In this document: piece by piece, positions 20,059-28,226 of the stretch
Position numbering within the stretch: position 1 is the first letter of the stretch
How the letters are laid out: every line of letters begins with the position of its first letter
Assembly (NCBI GenBank): GCA_030539155.1
Contig: JAUNSP010000001.1
Span: 1,470-65,469 of the forward strand
Direction of reading: 5' to 3'
DNA length: 64,000 bases
Origin: Clostridia bacterium
GTDB taxonomy: Bacteria > Bacillota > Clostridia > TANB77 > CAG-508
The notes under the pieces: generated by a model
Seen by the model: the letters and a program-made list of their open reading frames with translations, nothing else
What the model was told of the DNA's origin: nothing
Database searches by the model: none
Translations under genes and position numbers: made by a program

Positions 20059-20437
20059 TTTTACATTTTCCTTTCACTTATAATTTTTTATCAACTACAA
20101 GTGAATTAGTTTCTTCACATAGAGTGTTGCCACTCTCCCTTTTTTAAAGAGCTGTCCCTTTACAACCGTTAGCCAGACAGAAGTATCATAATCACTAATA
20201 TATATCTTCGCCAACATACACTTGCTTTCGTGTACTTTTTCCCTCGTTATATTCGCTATTTAATTTCTAACATTCGCCTTCTTGGAGCTCCATATACTAG
20301 ATAAAGTCTTGTAGTCAATTATGACACTCCAATAAAATTAAGGGTGTATTTGTCAATGTGCAAACATAACAATTCTTTTTGTTATGACTACAATGACAAT
20401 CGACACCCTCAAAATCTTAGTTGAAATTTAAAATTTC

Positions 20438-20638
20438 TTAAATTTTTTTAAACTTTTGTATATTTTGTATTATTTTTGCCTCTATAATAGCTTTACAGTC
20501 TTCATCAAATTTACCGTTTACAATACTATATTTGACAATTAAACCCTCATATTCTTTTAGGATTTTATAAATTGCATTCATATCTTTTTCATATTTTGCT
20601 TTTTTTAGTAAATTTACAAACATATCATTATCCATCAT
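20438..20638 (-). CDS. small protein resembling sigma-70 region 2 (Tn916 Orf8-position)
   Basis: A 66-aa protein. ...FVNLLKKAKYEKDMNAIYKILKEYEGLIVKYS...DCKAIIEAKIIQNIQKF resembles the region-2 helix pattern. Its start overlaps the stop of the upstream sigma-like gene. Confidence 0.45.
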   Translation of the reverse strand: MMDNDMFVNLLKKAKYEKDMNAIYKILKEYEGLIVKYSIVNGKFDEDCKAIIEAKIIQNIQKFKKI

Positions 20639-21048
20639 TTATCTCCTCGTATACTTTCTAAAAATTTCTTAATAGCTTGTGATTTTGAATTAGAGATGCT
20701 ATTTTCACTTACCCCTATAAAAATGGCTACATCTTTAATTGACATATCCTCAATTATATTCAAATACAATATAAGTTTTTGTCTATCAGATAATCTTTTC
20801 ATTGCATTATAATATCTAGGATCTGACATCTCATTTTCCAACTTTTTATAATTGATTTTTTCCTCCAAAGCACGAAAAATGCCCTTATCAAAATATGATA
20901 AAGACATTTTCTCAACCAAACCATCTGTTAAATTTAATTCAACTTTTCTTCTACAAGACATTTTTTTCTTATAATTTAATGACTCATTCGCAATTATTCT
21001 TGTAATAAAACTTGTAAATGTTGCTCTTATTTCTGCATTACTTACCAA
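20635..21048 (-). CDS. sigma-70 family region-4 HTH protein (Tn916 Orf7-like), TTG start
   Basis: A 137-aa protein. ...LSDRQKLILYLNIIEDMSIKDVAIFIGVSENSISNSKSQAIKKFLESI matches the sigma-70 region 4 HTH. The start is TTG at 21048 with RBS GGAGGAGGTGAG upstream. Confidence 0.65.
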   Translation of the reverse strand: MVSNAEIRATFTSFITRIIANESLNYKKKMSCRRKVELNLTDGLVEKMSLSYFDKGIFRALEEKINYKKLENEMSDPRYYNAMKRLSDRQKLILYLNIIEDMSIKDVAIFIGVSENSISNSKSQAIKKFLESIRGDK

Positions 21049-21403
21049 ACGAACTCACCTCCTCCCAATTTCTTAATTGGGGGAAATTAAGTTAAAAGGC
21101 TTGTCCTTTGTGAGTCCTTTTAGTAATATTCTAATGTATAATAAAATAACCAACTCACACAAAATAAAATTGTATGAGTAGGCTACTGTGTAATATATAT
21201 TATATTAAAATTCAATTTTTCCTTTCCTAAAACTATGCTAAATCTTGCACACCGTCTTGAGTTCATTGACTTTTTTTCTACTGCCCTCGTCATAATAGCA
21301 TATTTTATGTGTCGAATACTGTCGAAGTTTGCAAAAAGCACAAAAAAATATACGAAAATTGTAAAATTAACTTTCATATACTTTTTTCTACTATTTCATA
21401 AAA

Positions 21404-21736
21404 TTATAATGACTCCAAAAACTCTTTAATTGCTGCATTTAATAATCTGGTTACGGTAATTCCAGTTTTTTTATTCATCTTTTGCAAATCCCTTAAATTC
21501 TTTTCCCTTATCATAATACTTCTATAAGTTACAGTTTCTCTTTTAGGTTTCTCATAATAAGTAGGATTGTTTTTTACTACATAGTCTTCAATACAAACAT
21601 TGACTATCTCTCCAACAGTTGCACAAAATCTATTTCTAGTAAGTTTTATTACCTTTTCATAAAGTGTATCATCTATATTTATAGACTTTTTTATTGTTGG
21701 GTTATTTATATCATATAACCTGTCAATTGCACTCAT
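21404..21736 (-). CDS. tandem ribbon-helix-helix (two RHH repeats in one chain) DNA-binding protein, paralog A
   Basis: A 110-aa protein with two internal repeats fitting the RHH pattern: INIDDTLYEKVIKLTRNRFCATVGEIVNVCIEDYV and IMIREKNLRDLQKMNKKTGITVTRLLNAAIKEFLE. It aligns residue-by-residue with ORF 22728..23075. Confidence 0.55.
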   Translation of the reverse strand: MSAIDRLYDINNPTIKKSINIDDTLYEKVIKLTRNRFCATVGEIVNVCIEDYVVKNNPTYYEKPKRETVTYRSIMIREKNLRDLQKMNKKTGITVTRLLNAAIKEFLESL

Positions 21737-21918
21737 CTTTCAACCTCCTTATCCTCGTTTACGAATAAATAAATTATAATAATTTTTCATTTTAAATAAT
21801 ACTAGCAACTTTTCTTCTTTAACGAGTATAAATGGGTTAGACTATTGTCGAATTTTATAGTATAATGTATTTACACTTTATGAATACAGAATATAAATAT
21901 TTATGAAAGGAGGCTTTT

Positions 21919-22359
21919 ATGAAATTTCCAGATAATTTACTAGAATATTTATCTGATTCTGTCAATGTCTTACAAGCAGGAATACTTGTTACTGATTTAA
22001 CTAATATTGTTTATTCTAATGTTAGTTATTATAACTTTCCTGATACTTATGCTAATAAAGAAATTAGTACCGATATAAAAAATACTATAAGCAAATGGTC
22101 TAATACTAAAGACTTTGAAGAATCATTTTTTGAAATGCGTACAACAGATACTATAAACATTATTAACAATGATACTTCTAATTATACTGGTCAAATAATA
22201 TTTCCTATTTATCACAAAGGAAAACTTGCAGGAACTTTTATATGTTTTAGACTTCACAAAGATTATGTAGATACAAGTGTAAAACCTGCAATGACAACAA
22301 GACATTTTGTTGAACTAATGAGCAATGATAACTATATTTTGCAAAAGGGAGAATTATAA
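21919..22359 (+). CDS. hypothetical protein (146 aa)
   Basis: An ORF with an AAAGGAGG RBS, first gene of a 2-gene plus-strand operon bracketed by the two tandem-RHH genes. Confidence 0.5.
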   Translation: MKFPDNLLEYLSDSVNVLQAGILVTDLTNIVYSNVSYYNFPDTYANKEISTDIKNTISKWSNTKDFEESFFEMRTTDTINIINNDTSNYTGQIIFPIYHKGKLAGTFICFRLHKDYVDTSVKPAMTTRHFVELMSNDNYILQKGEL

Positions 22360-22360
22360 T

Positions 22361-22633
22361 ATGGAGAAAAAAGGAATTTTTGAGAATGAAGACTTAAATT
22401 TAATGATTGAATTATTTGAAAAATATTCTGATAATCTTAACGAAAATAAAGATTACAAAAAATACTGTAATAGGCTTTCAGAAATAACAGAATTAGTAGA
22501 AAAATTACCAAAAGAACAAATGAGTCTATTTGAAGAAGCAGACCAATTATACTGTCTAACTTCTAATTATGAAAAGTGCTTATTTTATTATCTAGGATTA
22601 CAAAAAGGTATTGGGATAGGCGAAATAAAATAG
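22361..22633 (+). CDS. hypothetical protein (about 91 aa)
   Basis: MEKKGIFENEDLNLMIELFEKYSDNLNENKDYKKYC... with the likely start at ATG 22361 and an AAAAGGGAGAA RBS. It is followed by a terminator. Confidence 0.45.
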   Translation: MEKKGIFENEDLNLMIELFEKYSDNLNENKDYKKYCNRLSEITELVEKLPKEQMSLFEEADQLYCLTSNYEKCLFYYLGLQKGIGIGEIK

Positions 22634-22682
22634 CTCCTTATATAAACACATATATAACAAGCTATAATTGAATTTTATAAAA

Positions 22683-22728
22683 TTAAGATAAGTTGATAAG
22701 TACACCATTAACTTATCTTATTTTTATC
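22683..22728 (+). terminator. rho-independent terminator of the 21919-22633 operon
   Basis: The hairpin aagataagttgataagtacaccattaacttatctt followed by atttttatc. Confidence 0.6.
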
Positions 22729-23075
22729 TATTTAATTTGTTCTAGTGCATTACTTATTGCAATGTTCACAAGTTTGTAGATTGATGTATGATATTTTTCA
22801 CTTAATCTATCTAACTCTTTTACAAGTGATTCTCTTATTAGCAATGAATGCTTAACTGAAATTTCATTTTTCTTTTTTATATAGACTCCTATATCTTCAC
22901 TTTTTGATAATTCCATAATTGATGCATTTATAAGTTTATTTACAGAGGCATCATATTTTTTATCTGATAACTTTTTCAAACTTTCATATAATGAATTATC
23001 AATTTCTATTGTTTTTTTAACTAAATGTTCTTTACTCCAAAATGTATCAAATGCTCCCATACGATTTTCCTCCAT
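22728..23075 (-). CDS. tandem ribbon-helix-helix DNA-binding protein, paralog B
   Basis: A 115-aa protein. IEIDNSLYESLKKLSDKKYDASVNKLINASIMEL and LLIRESLVKELDRLSEKYHTSIYKLVNIAISNALE show the same two-repeat RHH architecture as ORF 21404..21736. Confidence 0.55.
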   Translation of the reverse strand: MEENRMGAFDTFWSKEHLVKKTIEIDNSLYESLKKLSDKKYDASVNKLINASIMELSKSEDIGVYIKKKNEISVKHSLLIRESLVKELDRLSEKYHTSIYKLVNIAISNALEQIK

Positions 23076-23203
23076 TCTTGTATATTTTACTATGCTAGAA
23101 TGCAGATTTTAACCGTGCTGGTATGCAGAATTTTTTGTCAAAAAAAAGAAATATGCAAATATATACATATTTCTTTTCACTTATACAACTTGTAATTTAT
23201 TAT

Positions 23204-23431
23204 TTACCAATTTGATACAATTACATAAAAATACATTAGTGGAATGATTACTATTATAATTCCTATTATAAATATAATCCACAATAAAATTCTTATCCAT
23301 AATTTGCACTTTTTCCCGTTCTTTTTTTTGTATATATTACACACAATAAATCCAATAATTGTTGGAATCAAAATTTCCACACCAATTATTAACATAATAA
23401 TTAAAAGACCAACACCAGCTATTGCACCCAT
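23204..23431 (-). CDS. small hydrophobic membrane protein (75 aa)
   Basis: Two TM helices flank a KKKNGKKCK loop. An AAAGGAGAAG RBS lies upstream, and the gene is preceded by IR-containing leader module A. Confidence 0.5.
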   Translation of the reverse strand: MGAIAGVGLLIIMLIIGVEILIPTIIGFIVCNIYKKKNGKKCKLWIRILLWIIFIIGIIIVIIPLMYFYVIVSNW

Positions 23432-23487
23432 GATTTTTTCTTCTCCTTTATAACATCATGCTATTTTATTGTTATTTATATTATCAT

Positions 23488-23523
23488 AAAAGCAGATAAT
23501 TAGCAATGTCAAGTATCTGCTTT
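23488..23523 (-). promoter_or_regulatory. inverted-repeat operator/promoter module A (AAAGCAGATA-N15-TATCTGCTTT with TTGACA in the spacer)
   Basis: A 10-bp perfect inverted repeat whose spacer carries TTGACA, with TATGAT 18 nt downstream (minus orientation), 5' of gene 23204..23431. It is homologous to module B. Confidence 0.45.
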
Positions 23524-23541
23524 ATAACCTGTAATTTGTAA

Positions 23542-23748
23542 CTACCTATTATTTTCATCAATCGCTTTCTTGCTATTTCTATACATCATATTAAAGATTA
23601 AACCAAATATCATTGGTATAACAGCATAACCTGCGTTTACTTGTCCTTTATTATATAGTACATATCCTGCCCCAGCAAATGTTAAAATTAAAAATATAAT
23701 ATATAATATTAAAAATACTTTTACTTTCATTTTTTCTTTTTTAATCAT
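23542..23748 (-). CDS. small membrane protein (68 aa)
   Basis: MIKKEKMKVKVFLILYIIFLILTFAGAGYVLYNKG...IPMIFGLIFNMMYRNS has two TM helices and is preceded by leader module B. Confidence 0.5.
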   Translation of the reverse strand: MIKKEKMKVKVFLILYIIFLILTFAGAGYVLYNKGQVNAGYAVIPMIFGLIFNMMYRNSKKAIDENNR

Positions 23749-23797
23749 AAATAAAACTCCTTCTCAAATTACTATTTTATTGTTACTATAATACCAT

Positions 23798-23832
23798 AAC
23801 GACAGATAATTAACAAGTAACTATCTGTCGTT
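23798..23832 (-). promoter_or_regulatory. inverted-repeat operator/promoter module B (AACGACAGATA-N13-TATCTGTCGTT)
   Basis: An 11-bp inverted repeat sharing the CAGATA...TATCTG arms and the flanking ctattttattgtta block with module A. TTGTTA -35-like and TATTAT -10-like hexamers lie in the same relative positions. Confidence 0.45.
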
Positions 23833-23835
23833 GTA

Positions 23836-24693
23836 TTATTTTTTTCTTACAGGTATCCATATTTCACAATAATATCTATCATCTTCAGTTCCTTTTTTGT
23901 AGTTTGCTGGATCTGAATACATTTCAACATTATACCCATCAGCTATTTCATATTCTGTAGAATTTGGTAACCATTCTTTAAATATTTTTTCATTCATTTC
24001 AGCCACACTTTTATCTGCTCTACCAATACAAGAAAATATTGCCCAAGTATGTTTTGGTATTTCTTTTACAATGAAATCTTTAGGAATTTCTTTACCCTCT
24101 AAATAATCATCACAAATCATATACTCAAACTCATTGCCACTCATTGTACTATCGATATTAACTCCATATTTAGTACAAATGTTACTTAACTGACTTTTCG
24201 CAAAAAATGACTTCCATAATTTTGGCACTTCTTCATATGCTGAATCATACTTCATTATTTTAGATAATCCTATTACCTTAAATGCTTCTTTTTCTTCAAT
24301 TTTATACTCCATAGTATAACCACCTTTCAAAATTAAATTTACTTTAAGTGGAGAAAACTCTTTTATTGTTTTTCCACCTTTGCGAATAGAAGATGGATTA
24401 GTACCGTGAAATCTTTTGAATGCTTTAGTAAAACTGTCTGCTGATTCATATCCATACTTTAATGCAATATCTATTACATTTTCTTTAGTATTAATTAAAT
24501 CTTGTCCTGCAAGTGATAATTTTCTGTTTCTTATATATTCGCCTAATGAATAATCACATAATATAGAAAAACCTTTTTGCAAATAGAATGGCGATATGCA
24601 AACGTACTTTGCAATATCATCTATAGTTATATCATTTGTAATGTTTTTTTCTATATAGTCTATTGCTTTACTTATTGATTCAATCCAATTCAT
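23836..24693 (-). CDS. AraC-family transcriptional regulator with C-terminal GyrI-like small-molecule-binding domain
   Basis: A 285-aa protein with the N-terminal AraC HTH ...ITIDDIAKYVCISPFYLQKGFSILCDYSLGEYIRNRKLSLAGQDL. The C-terminal half, YTMEYKIEEKEAFKVIGL...YYCEIWIPV, is typical of GyrI-like effector domains. Confidence 0.8.
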   Translation of the reverse strand: MNWIESISKAIDYIEKNITNDITIDDIAKYVCISPFYLQKGFSILCDYSLGEYIRNRKLSLAGQDLINTKENVIDIALKYGYESADSFTKAFKRFHGTNPSSIRKGGKTIKEFSPLKVNLILKGGYTMEYKIEEKEAFKVIGLSKIMKYDSAYEEVPKLWKSFFAKSQLSNICTKYGVNIDSTMSGNEFEYMICDDYLEGKEIPKDFIVKEIPKHTWAIFSCIGRADKSVAEMNEKIFKEWLPNSTEYEIADGYNVEMYSDPANYKKGTEDDRYYCEIWIPVRKK

Positions 24694-24796
24694 AATACTA
24701 TTATCTCCTTTCGCATATATAAGTATATAATTCTGTTTGATTTAATACCCGACTTTTAATGTTTTATTTTGTCCTTATAATTATTTTAGTTGTAAA

Positions 24797-25069
24797 TTAG
24801 TTGTTTTTCCATCTTTTTAAAGTCGGAAACAGTTTATTGCAATATTCACTCATTTGTTCATTAGTCATTCCTGCTTGCGAACCATATTCAGAACACATTT
24901 CTATATATTCTTCCATTGTAACTTTATCAATAAATTCTCCATTTTCATAACAATATTTACAATAATCATTATTGATACTTCCATCCTTATTTTTACCTAA
25001 TTGTTCATTTGAATTTATAGGCATCCCACAGCTTTGACATATTTTATTTTTCATATATAACATCTCCAA
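24797..25069 (-). CDS. zinc-ribbon domain protein
   Basis: A 90-aa protein with Cys pairs CQSCG...CKYC forming a zinc ribbon. Confidence 0.55.
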   Translation of the reverse strand: MEMLYMKNKICQSCGMPINSNEQLGKNKDGSINNDYCKYCYENGEFIDKVTMEEYIEMCSEYGSQAGMTNEQMSEYCNKLFPTLKRWKNN

Positions 25070-25081
25070 CTCTTTTACAAA

Positions 25082-28000
25082 TTACTTGTTGTACTTATAT
25101 TCTTCTTTATCTTCAGCAACCATTTCTGTATAATCACATTCATCTTCGTTAACTTTATATTCAATAAAGTCATTATCTTCATCAACATTATTTAATCCAA
25201 AATACTTTTCAAAGAATTTTAGGATTTTTCCAATAATAGTTTGTTTTCTTTCATTTCTATTTCCACCACCAAATCTTCTCATTGGTGGTAATATCTTCTC
25301 TATATCAGTTCCTGTTGTTTTAACTTGTCCATCTCTAAAAGAATTATCAATAAATTTTCTAGTTTCTGTTTCATTTAAATCTTCATCTGATATAAGATTT
25401 TTTAAATCTGTTTCTTTTTGCTCCTTAACAAATTTATTCCAATCTCCATATACATCTGTTTTTGCATTTATTTTTGAAATAAATCCCTCTATTAATTCTT
25501 TCTTGGAGCGAAGTGCTAAACTTGATTTTATTGCCTTATCAATAGACACTAATATTTCCTTGTCAGTACAATTTGATTGATGATATTTAGCAACTAGCAT
25601 TAAGATATAATCTATATTTACTTCTACTTGTTTTACAAGTTCCATTTCAAATACTAGATCATCTTTTATACTTTCACTATCATCATTTCCTGGTCTTGGT
25701 TTAAATTCTTCGTATAAATCTGTATATGTTCCTATATAATCTTGGAAATCTCTTGGAGATAGTAACTCATTTCCCTCAAATTTATCAAATGATGATAATA
25801 TATTTCTTAATCTTAATATATTTCCCATTGATACTATAAAATCTTTTTTAGCTTTTTCTCCTATTATTTTTTCTCCTAATGGATATTTTTGAAGTAACAA
25901 TGCAATTCTTTCTTCATATCCTAGTTGTTTGTTGCCTTTTTCATCTTCATATCCATAATAGTAATCTTCATAAGATTTTAGAAGAACTATTCCACTTGCA
26001 TTTTTATCTCCAAATAGAGCTATTGCATCATTAGTTTGGTCTTGCAAGTTTCTGAAACATACTATATTTCCATAAGATTTTACTGAATTTAATATACGGT
26101 TTGTTCTTGAAAATGCTTGTATTAGTCCGTGCATTTTTAAGTTTTTATCTACCCATAATGTATTTAAAGTAGTTGCATCAAATCCTGTTAAGAACATATT
26201 TACAACTATAAGCAAATCAACTTCTCTGTGTTTTACTCTATCTGATAAGTCTTTGTAGTAATCTTGGAATCCGTTTCCCTCTGATGAAAAGTTTGTTTTA
26301 AATTTCTTGTTATACTCTTTTATTGCAAAGTCTAAAAATTCTCTTGAACTTTGATCCAATAAATCTGTCTCAAAACCTTCATCATCCAAAATACCATCTG
26401 AAGTATCTTCTTCATTTTGTGCAAATGAATATATTGTAGCAATACTCAAATCTATATTTTTTTCTTCTAATTGCTTTTTAAATTCCAAATAATATTTCTT
26501 TGCCATTGGAATTGATGCTACTGCAAACATTGAGTTAAATCCATTCATTCTCTTTCCTTTTAAATCGTAGAATGAACTTCTTTTTGTTTTTTGGTCAAAG
26601 TGTTCTATTATATAGCTTACAACTTTGCTAACTCTTTCGTGAGATGCAAGTGCCTCCTCTGTGTTTATAGCCTTTACTTCTTTGTCTGTCATATTTTCTT
26701 TTTGTTTTAAAGTATTTATATAATCAATTCTAAAAGGTAATACATTTCCATCATTTATTGCATCTACTATTGTATATGTATGTAATTTATCTCCAAATGC
26801 TTGTGCAGTTGTGCAGAAATCTGGATTAACCTTATTTACTGCATTTTTAGCAAATATAGGTGTTCCTGTAAATCCAAACAAGTGATAATTTTTGAAATTA
26901 CTAACTATCATCTTGTGCATATCTCCAAAATGTGAGCGATGACATTCATCAAATATTAAGACTAAATGTTTCTGATATACAGGATGATTTTTGTTTCTTT
27001 TTACAAATTCACTTAATTTTTGAATTGTTGTTACAATTATTCTTGAAGTATTATCTTCTAATTGTTTCTGCAATACTCTTGTACTTCTGTTTCCATTTGC
27101 AGCACCTTTTTCAAATCTGTCATATTCTTTCATTGTTTGATAGTCTAAATCTTTTCTATCTACTACAAACAATACTTTATCTATATAATCTAAGCCACTT
27201 GCAAGTTGTGCAGTCTTAAATGATGTTAATGTTTTTCCAGAGCCTGTTGTATGCCATATATAACCACCAGCCTCTATTGTTCCCATTTTTTTATAATTAG
27301 TTGCTACTTGTATTCTGTTTAGTATCTTTTCTGTTGCTACTATTTGATATGGTCGCATAACAAGTAGTAAATCTTCAGATGTAAATACACAATATTTTGT
27401 TAGTATATTCAATATTGTATGTTTTGAGAAGAAAGTTCTAGTAAAATCAACTAAATCTGGAATAACTTTATTACTTCCATCAGCCCAAAAAGATGTAAAT
27501 TCAAAGCTGTTACTTGTTTTTTTACTTTTATTTCTTGTATTTGTTTGTTCTTTTATATGACTTTCTCTTGTAGTATTTGAATAGTATTTTGTATTTGTTC
27601 CATTTGATATAACAAATATTTGCACATATTCATATAAACCACTACCTGCCCAAAAACTATCTCTTTGGTATCTGTTTATTTGGTTAAAAGCCTCTTTTAA
27701 AGGAACTCCTCTCCTTTTAAGTTCAATATGAACAAGAGGTAATCCGTTTACAAGAACAGTTACATCATATCTATTATCATAATTCCCATTATTCTCTACA
27801 TATTGATTTATTACTTGTAATCTATTGTTATGAATATTCTTTTTATCTATTAAATAAATATTTTTAGATGTTCCATCATCTCTTTTTAAAACTTGAATAT
27901 AGTCTTCTTGTATTTTTCTCGTTTTTTCTACAATACCATCATTATTATTTGAAATATTGTTATTGAAAAATCTTTCCCATTCGCTATCTGTAAATTTATA

Positions 28001-28216
28001 ATCATTTAATAATTCAAGTTCTTTACAAAGATTATCTTTTAGTGAATTACTATCGTGAATTTTTAAATAATCATATCCTTGTTCTCCAAGCATTCTTATA
28101 AACTCATTTTCTAATGCAGATTCACTTTGATAGGCATCTGATTTCTTTTTTAATGGCTCATATTCTGTTACAACTGTGGAATCATTCATTTCCATTACTA
28201 CATTATATTTACTCAT
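25082..28216 (-). CDS. hsdR: Type I restriction enzyme R subunit
   Basis: A 1044-aa protein with SF2 helicase motifs (HTTGSGKT Walker A, FDECHRS DEAH-like box). It lies downstream of hsdS and hsdM in the operon arrangement. Confidence 0.9.
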   Translation of the reverse strand: MSKYNVVMEMNDSTVVTEYEPLKKKSDAYQSESALENEFIRMLGEQGYDYLKIHDSNSLKDNLCKELELLNDYKFTDSEWERFFNNNISNNNDGIVEKTRKIQEDYIQVLKRDDGTSKNIYLIDKKNIHNNRLQVINQYVENNGNYDNRYDVTVLVNGLPLVHIELKRRGVPLKEAFNQINRYQRDSFWAGSGLYEYVQIFVISNGTNTKYYSNTTRESHIKEQTNTRNKSKKTSNSFEFTSFWADGSNKVIPDLVDFTRTFFSKHTILNILTKYCVFTSEDLLLVMRPYQIVATEKILNRIQVATNYKKMGTIEAGGYIWHTTGSGKTLTSFKTAQLASGLDYIDKVLFVVDRKDLDYQTMKEYDRFEKGAANGNRSTRVLQKQLEDNTSRIIVTTIQKLSEFVKRNKNHPVYQKHLVLIFDECHRSHFGDMHKMIVSNFKNYHLFGFTGTPIFAKNAVNKVNPDFCTTAQAFGDKLHTYTIVDAINDGNVLPFRIDYINTLKQKENMTDKEVKAINTEEALASHERVSKVVSYIIEHFDQKTKRSSFYDLKGKRMNGFNSMFAVASIPMAKKYYLEFKKQLEEKNIDLSIATIYSFAQNEEDTSDGILDDEGFETDLLDQSSREFLDFAIKEYNKKFKTNFSSEGNGFQDYYKDLSDRVKHREVDLLIVVNMFLTGFDATTLNTLWVDKNLKMHGLIQAFSRTNRILNSVKSYGNIVCFRNLQDQTNDAIALFGDKNASGIVLLKSYEDYYYGYEDEKGNKQLGYEERIALLLQKYPLGEKIIGEKAKKDFIVSMGNILRLRNILSSFDKFEGNELLSPRDFQDYIGTYTDLYEEFKPRPGNDDSESIKDDLVFEMELVKQVEVNIDYILMLVAKYHQSNCTDKEILVSIDKAIKSSLALRSKKELIEGFISKINAKTDVYGDWNKFVKEQKETDLKNLISDEDLNETETRKFIDNSFRDGQVKTTGTDIEKILPPMRRFGGGNRNERKQTIIGKILKFFEKYFGLNNVDEDNDFIEYKVNEDECDYTEMVAEDKEEYKYNK

Positions 28217-28226
28217 AACTTGCTCC

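Noticed and set aside
20059-20437. Possibility that the GC-rich island is a group II intron, tmRNA or RNase P RNA
   Set aside because: It is too short for a group II intron and has no RT ORF. It lacks the conserved tmRNA tag-reading-frame or RNase P P4 signatures that I could recognise by eye. It is kept only as an unspecified ncRNA or gene remnant.
21183-21429. Two mutually overlapping 64-aa ORFs on opposite strands
   Set aside because: They overlap each other, have no RBS and skewed composition, and lie in the intergenic promoter region between the sigma-like gene and the RHH gene.
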